This document shows, piece after piece, positions 1 to 14,480 of a stretch of 64,000 nucleotides of DNA (its first letter is position 1; each line of letters starts with the position of its first letter). Source of the stretch: Octopus vulgaris (lineage: Eukaryota); contig OX597831.1 of assembly GCA_951406725.2 (NCBI GenBank), positions 26,536,001 to 26,600,000 on the forward strand, written 5' to 3'. Below the pieces are notes generated by a model. That model had not been told where the DNA came from, did not search any database, and saw nothing but the letters and a program-made list of their open reading frames with translations. The translations under genes and the position numbers were made by a program.

Positions 1-50
1 AATTGTATTTCAAATTGATGAAATCTTCACATCCTGATTAACAAATTGAA

Positions 51-573
51 CGCCTTTCCTCTTCCTCCTCCTCCTCCTCCTCTTCTTCTTTTTCTTCTTC
101 ATCCTCCTCCACTTCATCTTCCCTTACCTCCCCTTCTTCTTCTTCTTCCTCCTCCTCCTCTTCCACTTCATCTTCCCTTTCCCCTTCCTTCTCTTCCTTC
201 TCTCCTTTTCTTTTCTTCCTACTCCCCTTCTCCCTCTCTTCCTCTCCACTTCCTCCTCCCTCCTCCACTACCTCCTTCCCCTTCCTCCAATTCTTCCCCC
301 ATCCCATCCCCTTCCACTTGTTCTCCACTTCTTCCTCCACTTCCCCTCCAGCTCCACTTCCTATCTTCTTCCCCTCATCCTCCTCCTTCCTCCACCTCTT
401 CTCATCAAATTCTCCATTCCCTTCCTCCTCCTCTCTCTCCTCTTCCTCCTCCTCTCTCTCCTCTTCCTCCTCTCTCTCTCCTCCTCCGCTCTCTCTCCTC
501 CTCCTCTCTCTCTCCTCCTCCTCCTCTCTCTCCTCCTCCTCCTCTCTCTCCTCCTCCTCCTCTCTCTCCTCTT
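51..573. repeat. Pyrimidine-rich (CCT/CTT/CT) low-complexity tract
   Basis: Almost pure C/T sequence; the overlapping poly-P/S/E ORFs are artefacts. Confidence 0.95.
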
Positions 574-1060
574 TGAATTTTAAATAAAGATGCTTGTGGG
601 GTATAGTGGGGTGGCACCACCAATTCTATAATTAATCAGTTTATTATTACTATTATTAAATTATGAATGCTGCCGGAGCCATTTTTGTCATTCTTCCATG
701 CTGTTGCACTTTTCAACCAAAACAAGCAAAAACCAAGGCATTATAGACTTCATCAAATATTTAAAACATAGAAAAAGACATTTTAAAAACTAAACAGGCA
801 AGGCAAAAACAGGAACCAAACCCTTTCTCCGTCAAGCATAACCTAATTCAAATTACTTGTGATTGCTTAGCCTTAAGTTAGTCCTGATTGAGCTGACACG
901 GGTTCAAAGGTGTTCCAGGTATGACAGTATGCATGTTATAAAACATAGCATAGTATATATATATGTAACTACAATATCAATTCTATCCTTTCTAGTCATT
1001 CTTGATTAACCCTAGGTCAGTCCTGGCTAAATAGACCTAAGAACAAAGGCATTCCAGGTA

Positions 1061-1267
1061 TACTCTTTTACTTGTTTCAGTCATTTGACTGTGGCCATGC
1101 TGGAGCACTGCCTTTAGTCGAGCAAATCAATGCTAGGACTTATTCTTTGTAAGCCTAGTACTTATTCTATCAGTCTATTTTGCTGAACCACTAAGTTTCG
1201 GGCATATAAACACACCAGCATCGGTTGTCAAGCGATGTTGGGGGGACAAACACAGACACACAAACAC

Positions 1268-1358
<91 letters not shown>

Positions 1359-1509
1359 CATATATACGAAGAGCTTCTTTCAGTTTCCGTCTATCAAATC
1401 CACTCACAAGGCCCAAGGCTATAGTAGAAGACACTTACCCAATGTGCCACACCATGGGACTGAACCCGGAACCATGTGGTTGGTAAGCAAGCTAGTTACC
1501 ACACAGCCA
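1061..1509 (-). mobile_element. SINE family A (tRNA-like head, CORE-like segment, central TA/CA microsatellite, GAGTAAAA tail)
   Basis: Matches ~15 other copies in the window. It interrupts a local ~130-bp tandem repeat (927-1060 is repeated at 1511-1642). Confidence 0.85.
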
Positions 1510-2589
1510 AGTATGTATGTTATGAAACATAGCATAGTATATATATGTAACTACAATATCAATTCTATTCTTTCTAGTCATTCTTGATTAACCCTAGGTC
1601 AGTCTTGGCTGAATAGACCTAAGATCAAAGGCATTCCAGGTATGCCAGTATGTGTGTTACAAAACACTGCATAGTACATATGGGACTACATTATCAATTG
1701 TGTCCTTTCCAGTTGCTTTTGTTTAATCCTGGGCCAGTTCTGATTGAACAGATCTATGATTAAAGGTATTCCAACTATAGCCATTTTGTTTTTCTTTTTA
1801 TATTAAGGACGATATTTTTCAAGTATTTTTTCCCAGTATCCTTCTTAATCCATTGCCCGGTTAAACAACACCACTGTAACCCCTTGGGTTCTTTTAATGG
1901 GTGCTTCTTGGTTACAAAGATTTGTAATTTGAAAGACACTTCCTCCTACCACTGTAGGAGTCCCTGACAAAGGGTCATGGCCAATGACTGTTCATCCATT
2001 TCTGACCAATCCATAAATATTTTATATTCATCACAGGGTGTAATTTGAGGTGAATTTGATACTTACTTCTAGCAGGCCATGATCTGTTATTTCTTACTGG
2101 TTTGTGGTCATTCTGACTTTGAATAACTAACTGCCAAAGGTTGCCAATGTTCCCTATTTTTCCCTTTATGCTAGTGACCCCCTATCTCTAATTCCATCAC
2201 TGTTTGAGGTCCTTGTAGACTCACACATCATACTTTTATTTTCAGTTAAATTTCAGTAACAGACTCTTGATTAAATTGGATACAGAGCCGGTGATTTATG
2301 CAACTTTTGATATTAATGATATTTTAGGAAGGTAGAGATTTTAGTCGGAATTTGATCTCAGTATACAGAGAGGGCTGGAATAGGTACCAAAAAGTATCTC
2401 ACCCAATGCTCTTAGAATACAGCCAATACCACATTTCGCCTGGTCTGGCCTGATACTTCAATATAAGCTCTTAATACAACTACAATACAACTACAGAAAA
2501 CTACAGTAAAATTTGAACTCGGAGCGCAGAAAACCACAACAAATACCACAAGGTAATCTGATACTCTCATGACCCTACTAATTCACTGA

Positions 2590-2770
2590 CCATCTTCAGG
2601 GCATGTGTAGAGAGTATTCTTCCTTATAGAGATGAAATCTGGACCACAGAAAATTAGTTTCAATATCACGTTAATATCGCACAACAAGGCTTCAATGAGA
2701 GCTCAAATCATCTTATGGCATGAGCACAGGACCAAGCAGGGTATTTATGGACATATTCTACCCATGTCTA
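2590..2770 (+). mobile_element. Decayed RTE-clade LINE fragment
   Basis: Translates piecewise as FRACVESILPY..EIWT...MRAQIILWHEHRTKQGIYGHILPMS, similar to the better copy at 40968. Confidence 0.55.
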
Positions 2771-2978
2771 ACATTCACATACACACATATATATATATAT
2801 AAAAAGTATACAGTAAAGCATACTGTAAAGTAGTTGGTATTAGGGAGAGTATCCAACTGCAGAAACCATACTAAAACAGACAGTATAGCTTAGCATGATC
2901 CTCTGGTTCACCAGCCCCTGTCAAGTTCTCCTATGCATGCCAGCATGGAAAGTAGATGTTAATTGACAAAGCTAATGA

Positions 2979-3033
<55 letters not shown>

Positions 3034-3108
3034 GAATGAGAGAGAGAGAGAGCAAAAGAGATACATATATATATATATGTACGTATATATGCATATATAT
3101 ATACACAC

Positions 3109-3168
<60 letters not shown>

Positions 3169-3868
3169 ACATATATACATATATATAAACATATGTATAT
3201 ATACATATATATACATATATATATATGTATATATATATATATATGTATACATATATATATACACACACATACTACACACATATATACATATACACATATA
3301 TACACACTGATGATGATGATATACATATACACCTATATACATGCACACATACACACACACATACAGGCACATACATACACACACACGCACAAACATATAT
3401 ACACACACACCAACACGCACTCGCAGAGAAGACAGCTCACAAATAAAAAAAACATAACTACATGTAATAAGTGATTTCATTCTCTACGTGATGTTTGTTC
3501 TGCATTTGTCATAGACCATCAAACATGTCACAACACAACTCATCTTTACGAAACATGCTTTACACATTATCCTCATCAGCATCACTTAATCCATCTACAT
3601 GAAACTAAAGCACATTCCACACACAGCATCTGCATTACTTCCCTGGTTAAATGGCTTAAATGCATGTGCACACATTCATGTACACATACTCACACTTATG
3701 TGAAGAACACAATGTCACATTTTATATTTATATATATACAAACACACACACACACTAATTACAGCGTATCTTGATTATACACTGAAGTTTTTTTCTTGTA
3801 ATTGATAGAAGTTGCTATAAATATGTATATACATATATATCCATGTGTATGTGTGTGTGTATATGTGT

Positions 3869-3932
<64 letters not shown>

Positions 3933-4004
3933 TATTTTATTCCTTAATTGGTTTCAGCTCAAAGCTGTCGCCATGGTACCGCTGTTTTGCTACAGTTATT
4001 ATTG

Positions 4005-5131
4005 AGAGCCTTCTCTGATATGTGGTATTTGGTCAATAAGGGAGTTTGATGTTGCTGACTTCATTTGCGCCTCCTGTCATGAGGTAGGTTCATCTGGGAC
4101 TCTCAACAGGAAGAGACCCAGTTTTGTTTTGAAAGCATCTACATCTACTTTGTGCAGGTCCCTCAGGCTCTTTGGGAAAATATTAAAATGCTGTGGGCCC
4201 TTGAAACCCAGGCTGTTGCAGTAACTGGTCCTGAAGTGTGAAGGCATTTTTGGGATTGCAGTGGCAACAGATTCTGGCATTTTTGTAGCTTTCAATGCCA
4301 AAATTTGGTACAATCCCTTCCAGGATTTTCCAGATGTATATTATTGCATATCTCTCCTGCCTTCACTCCAGGGAGTAGAGTCTTAGCTGTTTCAGCCTTT
4401 CCCAGTAACTGAGTTGTTGCAATGAGACAACCTTCTTTCTGAAGCTTTGCTGGATTGCTTCAATTTTATACTGTGGAGTGACTACAGTTGGGAGCAGCAG
4501 TCCAGGTGGCTGAGGAAGAATGTCCTCCAGAGGACCCTCATGGTTTCCTTCTCACTGGTTCTAAAGATTCTCAGGATCCAGCCAGCCAGCCATCTGCATT
4601 TTGTTGCTATCTTGGTAATTTGCACTTTGAAAGAAGTATCAACACTCATGTCAATACCCAGGAAACGCACTAATTTAAATTCTGCAATTGTAATCCCCCA
4701 TGGGCCAGTGTACCCTGTAAGATTTTGTTCAGTTTTGGGTGCTGGTAGCACAAGGCTTGGAATTTTCCAGCATTAAACTGCATATTATTGTCCTCAGCCC
4801 TTCTGTAAATTGCATCCAACTCCTGCTGCAGGCATGCCACATCACTAGAATTTTGTATTTTCTGCGAGACTTTTGTATCATCTGCATAGCTAGCAAGAGT
4901 TGCTATCTGGGCAGCTAAGGGCATATCTGAGAGGACCACTATGAAAAGCAGCAGTCCCAAGACAGTGCCCTGTCGAACACCGCTCACTATTTGTGTTTCC
5001 TTTCAGGTGGCTCCATTGACTACCAGTGCCCGACTTCTATGTTTCAGAAAGTCATGTAAGCATTCTCCAGGTTTTCCAGCTATGCCAAGATTGCACAGTT
5101 TGTGGCAAATCATACCATGATCAACTTTATC
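4005..5131 (-). mobile_element. CR1/L2-type LINE reverse transcriptase 3' fragment (frameshifted)
   Basis: Motifs KVDHG, SGVRQGTVLGLLLF, YADDTK, WILRIFRT, HLDCCSQL and FKTKL...VPDEP across ORFs 4670-4987, 4482-4751 and 4077-4313. Confidence 0.9.
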
Positions 5132-5144
5132 TTATGTATACAAG

Positions 5145-5588
5145 TTGTATTGTGTTTGTTGACCGGTTTCACTTCCACTAATCATTACATTAAAATTTAT
5201 TTAAATACGTATTTTGTTAAGAAAAATATTTTTGTCCATGTTGTGTGTGGAGTTTATGAATGAACGATTCAACAAGTAGAAAAATCTAAGGGTGTGTAAT
5301 TGGTTATCGTTATTATTGTGGACAGGGGAGATAATTGTTCATTATTAGGTAGGCGGGGTATATATATATATATATATATATACACACAAAAATTTAAAAA
5401 CTAGAGTAGTGGGGAGAGATATTTACAGTGATGGGTATGTAATCATGAATTAGAATATGTATAGAGATCAAAGTTGGTAAGGCATGCATATTTAGACTTG
5501 TTCTTTACTTTTTGATGAATAAATTTTCTTCAGGAAATTTTAATGTCATGATTAGTGAAAGCGAAACCGGTCAACAAACACAATACAA
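5145..5588. repeat. 54-bp inverted repeats (5145-5198 / 5535-5588), each carrying a hammerhead 3' half (GAAA-CCGG-TC)
   Basis: 3 mismatches between the arms. Confidence 0.75.
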
Positions 5589-5658
5589 GATATATTAAAA
5601 ATTATATTAAAACTATGTAAAGTGTGTGAATTTTCCTTCTTTAATTTCTTATATATAT

Positions 5659-5724
<66 letters not shown>

Positions 5725-5775
5725 TGTAAATATATATGTATGTGTGCATACATATATATATATATATATATATAC

Positions 5776-6050
5776 ATTACTCAAAGAAATTCCAACTTTA
5801 ATTTTCACATTTTATTTACAATCTTATAATAATATAATTAATATAATATAATGAAATGATGGAATATTAAATGTCTGTTCTGATTGAACTAGTACTTTCA
5901 TGCATTATAGTTTATTGCATGAAAGTGTTCATTCAATCAGAATCAGAATGGACATTTAATGTTCTATCATTTCATTATATTATATTATCTTATATTATTA
6001 TAAGATTCTAAATAAACGTAAAAATCAAAGTTGGAATTTCTTTGAGTAAT
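5776..6050. mobile_element. AT-rich foldback/MITE-like palindrome inside a (TA)n tract
   Basis: ATTACTCAAAGAAATTCCAACTTT ... AAAGTTGGAATTTCTTTGAGTAAT, with imperfect pairing along the whole length. Confidence 0.75.
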
Positions 6051-6067
6051 ATATATATATATATATA

Positions 6068-6510
<443 letters not shown>

Positions 6511-6519
6511 GATATATAT

Positions 6520-6559
<40 letters not shown>

Positions 6560-6561
<2 letters not shown>

Positions 6562-6635
6562 CCAAGTCAGCAGCGGGGGCGGGTGTGCTGAAAGTGTAAC
6601 TGCTAGAGTAAGAATAGCTTGGGCAAAGTTCAGAG
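6560..6635 (+). mobile_element. Short RTE LINE fragment
   Basis: Reads DQVSSGGGCAESVTARVRIAWAKFR, typical of the RTE post-RT region. Confidence 0.7.
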
Positions 6636-6693
6636 TAAAATCCAATAGTATCTAAAATTGGTTACCAATTTTAGATACTATTGGATTTTACTC
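6633..6693. repeat. Perfect hairpin, 30-bp arms with a 1-nt spacer
   Basis: GAGTAAAATCCAATAGTATCTAAAATTGGT-T-ACCAATTTTAGATACTATTGGATTTTACTC. Confidence 0.95.
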
Positions 6694-6816
6694 ATAAGGT
6701 ATTGGAATCTTATTTGCAATATCCCTGCATATCTCACATCTGTTTTCATTCCTCCACCTCACTCTGTATTTCATATCTTATCTAAATTAACTATTGCTTA
6801 ACCATTTTCTCACACC

Positions 6817-6864
6817 GTCTCCAATGAAGGGATATAATAAATATCCTGGAAACAGCTGTAAGAC
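6817..6864 (+). ncRNA. Minimal type I hammerhead ribozyme motif (mutated core)
   Basis: Stem I GTCT/AGAC, core CCAATGA, stem II GGGATAT/ATATCCT, GAAA, palindromic stem III CAGCTG, cleavage site TA. Confidence 0.7.
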
Positions 6865-7116
6865 CTTCTATTTATAAATGTTCTAAAATCTTCACAGCCT
6901 TGGTTTTTTATCTCATTCCTAAAAAAAATTTTTTCATATATATGTATATAGTTATTTCTATGTTTTTGTTTTTATGTTTTCGTTTCTCATTGTGTTCAAC
7001 GTTTTTTGATGTCCTGTACCCATATATGCATGTGTATATACATATATATGTAGGTATGTACATATATGTATGTTTATATGCATATATTTATATATTATTT
7101 ATATTATATTTATATA

Positions 7117-7148
<32 letters not shown>

Positions 7149-7483
7149 AGTCGTATTTAAAGTTAAAGAATTAAGGCTTAGAAAGTCAGCGTCAAATGTC
7201 GTATCCAAACGTTGTTTCTGAGTAAGACCTAAAGTTACTGTGTGTGTGGAGCATGTTCACCACTTATGGCTACCAGGCATCATCAGTGATATTTTGCATT
7301 TATCATTGGATCTACACCAAGAATTCCAGGGCATATGTAGCGTAATGAAAATCATTTATTAGCGCAAAGTATTTATTAGCACTTATTGCATTGTTCCATG
7401 CCCACTAGGGACCAGTGCAACATGGAGCTGAAATGATTGCTGTGCTAATAAATGCTTTTCATTACATTATGTCTTCTTGCTTA

Positions 7484-7514
<31 letters not shown>

Positions 7515-7730
7515 CACACACACACACACACTCATATAAACAATATATTAAATAGAGAAATACAAATGACAAACCAATAATTTATTTAAATTATAATATA
7601 ACATAATATACTATGAATATAATATAATATAACAACAATTACTTAAAAAAACCAACCAATGAATTTTACACATCCCTCTGAAGGAATTTTTTCCTTTGTT
7701 TGTTACCTTGTATATTCCTATATTACTTGA

Positions 7731-7793
<63 letters not shown>

Positions 7794-7805
7794 TGTATTA
7801 TTTCA

Positions 7806-8322
7806 GTTGTTTTTTATTGGAAGCAATGTGGCTGATGCTGGTGTTACATATCTAGCACATAAAAAGCAAGTATTGGGCCTCATGAAGGCATCTGGCACCC
7901 ATGCTAGCAGCACATAAAAAGCACCTGTCGAGTGTTGAGCCAATGCCAGTGCCACGTAAATGGTGCCAGTGGAGTGCAAAAAGCACCTTTCAAGCTTTGG
8001 GCCTCATGGAGGCAATGACATATGAATGAGACCTTTGGCAATATGACATCATTGCTTGAGAAGAAGACCCATCAAGCCGAGTGAAATCCTAGTCGTGGTG
8101 GATACTGGTGTCATGCAAGTGGCACCTGTGCTGGTGGCACACAAAAGCTCCCATTACACTCTTGGAGTGGTTGGTGTTAGGAAAGGCAGCTGTAGAAACC
8201 ATGCCAAACCAGACCAGAGTCTGGGGCAGACCCTCAGCTTGCCAGGCCTGGTCAAATCATCCAGCCCCTTGCCAGCATGGACAATGGACGTTAAATGATG
8301 ATGATGATGATGTTTATGATGA

Positions 8323-8325
<3 letters not shown>
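7806..8325 (+). mobile_element. SINE family C (RTE-like 3' tail ending in (TGA)n)
   Basis: Ends CCAGCATGGACAATGGACGTTAAATGATGAT. Related copies at ~11330-11960(-), 19900-20130(-), 27220-27400(-), 31440-31665, 42665-42855, 46437-46600(-), 49320-49630(-), 58146-58570 and 59675-59815. Confidence 0.75.
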
Positions 8326-8357
<32 letters not shown>

Positions 8358-8362
8358 TACAA

Positions 8363-8593
8363 AGGCGGCGAGCTGGCAGAAACGGTAGCACACCGGGCGA
8401 AATGCGTAGTCGTATTTCGTCTGCCGTTACGTTCTGAGTTCAAATTCCGCCGCGATTGACTTTGCCTTTCATCCTTTCGGGGTCGATAAATTAAGTACTA
8501 GTTATGCGCTGGGGCCGATGGAATCGCCTTAATCCCTTTGTCTGTCCTTGTTTGTCCCCTCTGTGTTTAGCCCCTTGTGGGTAGTAAAGAAAT
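8363..8593 (+). mobile_element. SINE family B (tRNA head plus Meta-like central domain GCCTTTCATCCTTTCGGGGTCGATAAATTAAGTACC)
   Basis: A-box GAGCTGGCAGAA and B-box GAGTTCAAATTCC. Other copies at 24686, 26624(-), 29269, 29510, 29750, 30030, 31027, 32416, 35005 and 52178(-). Confidence 0.85.
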
Positions 8594-8607
8594 ATATATA
8601 TAGACAA

Positions 8608-8670
<63 letters not shown>

Positions 8671-9064
8671 TATACATATGTTTGTGTATATAAACCCCAT
8701 TATCAATGCCACCGTTATGCACATATTATATGTTTACTATCACTTCATTACTAACAACATTAACACTATACTCCCACCAACACCATTTATCACCACCACT
8801 GCACTACTACTACTACTACTCCTACTGTTACAGTAATCACAACCACTACCACTATGACAATTCCTCTGCAGCCCCAATCACACCATCATGACAAACTTAA
8901 ACTTCTGCCAACACCATTATTTGCACTAGCCACTAAACCAACACACACTCACACACACATACACACACACTCATACATATGCACACACATGCATGCACAT
9001 ACATGCACAAACACACACATATATCCACATACTCTCTAGAGTATATCTTTAACATATATATATA

Positions 9065-9184
<120 letters not shown>

Positions 9185-9248
9185 TGTATGTATGTATGTA
9201 TGTATAGATAGATTGATAAATAGAAAGATAGATAGGTAGGTAGATAGG

Positions 9249-9282
<34 letters not shown>

Positions 9283-10004
9283 TAGATAGATTGACATATA
9301 TACATTTATACTTGTATACATACACACATTTACACACACTAATACACCGATATACACACACACACACATTGTAAATACACTAACAAGCACAAACACACAC
9401 ATACTCTCCATTTGCACCTTTTCGCAATCTCTCTGTCTCCCAATCCCCTTTCTCTCTCACTTCTCATTTATTTCCTCAAGGGAGCAGGGACACAACACCA
9501 CACACCTCTCTTCTCTCTTCTCTCTCTCTCTCTCTTTCATTCTCTCTGTCTTTCTTTCTCTCTCTCTCTCTCTTTTACAAGAACCGAGCCCCCTTCTTCG
9601 ATGCCCATGCCATTCCGGTACCTTCTTGATTAAAGCGATCATCAACCATCAGGTTGATGAATCAATAACAGCAACACAGATAACCTACTCTGATATTTTC
9701 CACATGTATATTTAATATATCCCAACCCTATTGCTGCATACACGCACAGACACACACACACACACACACACAAGCAGAAATATATTCATAGATACAAACA
9801 CATATACACACTCATGCACAAAACAGGGTCCTCAAGGGGCCATTAGTGATATTAAATATTACAGAACATAGAAAATTCTTCCACACTTGACTAACTGATG
9901 GCATTAACAACTTTATATATTTACAAATGTACGTGTCTACTTGTGTGTGTGCATGTGTAAATGTGTGTATGTATGCAAGCTCTATCTATTTATCTATCTA
10001 TCTA

Positions 10005-10071
<67 letters not shown>

Positions 10072-10089
10072 TTCTCCCTTTTTATCTAC

Positions 10090-10124
<35 letters not shown>

Positions 10125-10491
10125 TATATACATAGTATATAGATATATGTATATGTATGAATTTATATATACACACACACACACACACACATATATATGT
10201 ATAATACATATATACATACATGTGTGTGTGTATATATATACACACATACACACACATATACATATATATTATATAAATATATATACATTATTTATATTGT
10301 ATATATGTATATACATATATATCTGTGTGATATGGTGTGTGTGTGTGTGTGTGTGTGTTTTGTGTGTGTGTGTATAAATATATACATTGCCACAGATAGC
10401 TGAATAGATTGATAAATAGATAGACCGACACACAAACAGACAGGCAGTCAGAGAGATAGGTTTATATCTACCTTTCTATCAATCTACCTGA

Positions 10492-10687
<196 letters not shown>

Positions 10688-12088
10688 TTCATATATATAT
10701 ATACACACACATATATATTATATGTATATGTGTATGATTTCATATGATTTCTGTTTGTGTGTGCTATAAACCTTCATAAATACATGCAATTGACATTAAT
10801 TCTTCTACAGGAAGTGAACAATTTAATACAATGTATTTATATGAATTGATAATTAACAAAATATTTTAGGGGGAGAAAATCTCTATTGAAATCAATCAAA
10901 ATTACATAAACTAACAAACAAATGAATGTAATAATAAGTATTATTAATATGTTATTAATTACAACGTTAATGATAATATAATCCATATTTGGCAACGAAA
11001 TATGTTATATCATGGTTTGGCAGTGTTTAATAACAGGAACATGCTAACTTTCAGTATTTTCTTTATATATTCATACAACACACACAAACAGATATACATG
11101 GAAATGGCAGTGCTCCAGCTGGCCTCAGCTGATGACTAAAACAAAGTTAAGTGAAGAAATACAAGCGAGACAAATAGTAGAATGATAAAATTGATGGAGC
11201 AGTAGGCAAGATGGCTGATGGTATTTTGTTATGTCCATCTGTGTTGTCAGCTCAAAATATCACAGTCTATGATGCTGTCTTTGCAAAACCATTAAAGCAG
11301 TCACTATATATCTCCTGAATCTCATACTATTCATCATCATCATTTCGCGTCTGCTTTCCATGCTAGCATGAGTTGGACAATTTGACTGAGGACTGGTGAA
11401 CCAGATGGCTGCGCCAGGCTCCAGTCTGATCTGGCAAAGTTTCTACAGCTGGACGCCCTTCCTAACACCAGCCACTCCGAGAGTGTAGTGGGTGCTTTTA
11501 CGTGTTACCGGCATGAGGGCCAGTCTGGCAGTACTGGCAACAGCCACGCTCAAAATGGTGTTTTTTACGTGCCACCTGCACAGGAGTCAGTCCAGCGGCA
11601 CTGGCAACGACCTCGCTCAAATGTTATGTTTTGTTCACGTGCCACCAGCACAAGTGCCAGTAAGGCAACACTGGTAACGATCACGCTCAAGTGGTGCTTT
11701 TTATGTGCCACCGGCACGGAAGCCAGACAGCTGCTCTGGCAGTGATCTCACTCAGATGGAGCTGTTAGCACTCCACTGGCATGGGAGCCAGTCATCGAAT
11801 TTGGTTCAATTTCGATTTTACTTGCCCCAACAGGTTTTCACAAGCAGAGTTTTGTGTCCAATGAAGGGAGGCTGGTATGGGCGCTAGTCGTCGAATTTGG
11901 TTCAATTTCGAATTCAGTTTCTCAACAGGTCTTCACAAGCAGAGTCTACTGTCATTGTAAAAGAATAGGAGGGAGAAGGGTCATGGCTGGATTACATTTG
12001 ACAAGAAGATTGCTTCATAACATCTATGGGTTTTAATAAAAACAATGATAAAAGTCAAGATAACCACCCAACAGTTCTGCTTTGTTAA

Positions 12089-12308
12089 CCCTTTAGCATT
12101 CAGATTACTCTGTCAAACGTAATGCTTATTAATTCACATTGTTTTGAATTAATCATGAATTATTTTGGAGTCTCAAGTGCTTGACGATGTGATTGTTTAT
12201 TTTTAGAATGACATTGTAGGGTAGGTGTGAGTGGTTAGATTTGGCCAGCTTGGACATAAAACAGGTAGAATATTTTGGCCGGATATGGCTAGTTTATATG
12301 CTAAAGGG
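12089..12308. mobile_element. piggyBac-type MITE
   Basis: TTAA-CCCTTTAGCAT ... ATGCTAAAGGG-TTAA. Partial copies at 61976-62035 and ~49650-49692. Confidence 0.85.
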
Positions 12309-12751
12309 TTAAAGAAGAAAAGTCACTGAAAAGATTTGCAAATAGCAACAAAACAGCTTTGGCAAAAAAAAAAAAAGAACAAGCAACTTACTTTCTAACA
12401 AAATTAAACAAGCTATCAATTAGTTAGTCAGATATTTAACCAATTGTCTAATAATAAAAGAGTGGAATTGAACCAGTGCATGTGTTAATATTGGCATAAT
12501 GACCCTCATACATAAATACATTCATATAGAGAATCTCCCTGTTAATGAATACATACACAAACATCAAAACAAAGAGTACTGGTAGAGCATTCCTATCAAA
12601 ACATCTATCTAATGTAAACATAACAGACTGGATATTGTTGCTTGGAATAGACAAGAAAAGGTATGTACCATCATAGAGGTCAACTGTCCTGCTGATGCTG
12701 ATGTGTTATCCTCTTTCTCTTTGAAAATCAAAGAGAAAGAGGATACCTATG

Positions 12752-13163
12752 TAGGCGTAGGAGTGGCTGTGTGGTAAGTAGCTTGCTTACCAACCACATG
12801 GTTCCGGGTTCAGTCCCACTGCATAGCACCATGGGCAAGTGTCTTCTACTATAGCCTCGGGCTGACCAAAGCCCTGTGAGTGGATTTGGTAGACGGAAAC
12901 TGAAAGAAGCACATCATATATATGTATACATGTGTGTGTATATGTTTGTGTGTCTGTGTTTGTCCCCACCAACATCGCTTGACAACCGATACTGATGTGT
13001 TTATGTCCCTGTAACTTAGCGGTTCAGCAAAAGCGATCGATAGAATAGGTACTAGGCTTACAAAGAATAAGTCCATGGGTCGATTTGCTCGACTAAAGGT
13101 GGTGCTCCAGCATGGCCACAGTCAAATGACTGAAACAAGTAAAAGAGTAAAGAGTAAAAGAGA
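12752..13163 (+). mobile_element. SINE family A
   Basis: Full-length copy, GGCGTAGGAGTGGCTGTGTGG...AAGAGTAAAAGAG. Confidence 0.9.
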
Positions 13164-14079
13164 GAACTATGGGTAACTGCTTCAAAATCTCCAGCTTCTA
13201 TATCCAGATTATAATTCCAATGATGGAGTTTTATATCTTTGTTAGAAACCAGTTCCTTGCATAGAGGAAGAATTTTAATAATTAAAAACAGAAGAGAATA
13301 CATACATATGCTTATGTATGTTTATATATTTAACCCCTCGCATGCACCTATAATATAAATATAAATATGCAAATTAGTACACTTGGTTTAATAAGACCCT
13401 TAATAATGGTTTCAAATTTTGGCATAGAGCCAGTAATTTCAGGGGAGGTTGTTAAGTCAATTATAATAAATAAATAAATGTGCCCTTTTAAAACCTAGCT
13501 AGGCTCATGGGCTCGGTTTCCCGGTTTCTGCGGTGTATGTGTTCCCCAGCTGGATGGGATGCCAGTCCATCGCAGCGTTACTCATTTTTGCCAGCTGAGT
13601 GGACTGGAGCAATGTGAAATGAAGTGTTTTGCTCAAGAACACAATGCGTCATCCAGTCCAGGAATCGAAACCACAATCTTACGATCATGATGCTGACACC
13701 CTAATCAACCCTAAATGGACGAGAAACAAAGTCAGCCTTGGTGGAATTTGATCTCAGGACATGAAGTTATATGAATTGCCGCTAAGTATTTTGCCTGGCG
13801 TGCTAACAACTCTGCCAGCTCACTACCCTGAATAAGATCCATAATAGCAGTTGTTATAAAGATATCCACTGGCTGTACCCAGCCACCTAACAAATGGCTT
13901 AGTCAGCCAGCTACTGACTGGACCATTCAGACACTTAATCAATCAACCTACTTGTGAACACTTCAGTGTATGATCAAAGCAGGCTTGACAAGGTCAATGC
14001 AATGCATTAGACAAACAAGGCAGTCACTTAGGGCCCTGAAAATCTCATTGAACCAGAAAATATAAAGAAATTTATAACA

Positions 14080-14480
14080 AATGTGGCTGTGTGGTAAGTA
14101 GCTTGCTTACAAACCACATGGTTCTGGGTTCAGTCCCACTGCGTGGCACCTTAGGCAAGTGTCTTCTACTATAGCCTCGGACTGACCAAAGCCTTGTGAG
14201 TGGATTTGTTAGACGGAAACTGAAAGAAGCTCATCATATATATGTATATATGTGCACATGTGTGTGTGTGTGTCTATGATTGCCCCCCCCCCCAACATTG
14301 CTTGACGACCGATGCTGGTGTGTTTATGTCCCCATGACTTAGGGGTTCGACAAAAGAGACCAATAGAATAAGTACTAAGATTACAAAGAATAAGTCCTGG
14401 TGTTGATTTGCTCAACAAAAGGCAGTGCTCCAGCCTGGCCACAGTCCAATGACTGAAACAAGTAAAAGAGTAAAAGAGAG
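14080..14480 (+). mobile_element. SINE family A
   Basis: Near full-length copy. Confidence 0.88.

Noticed and set aside
7342-7465. Short imperfect inverted repeat
   Set aside because: ~22-bp AT-rich arms only, with no TSD or family evidence in the window.
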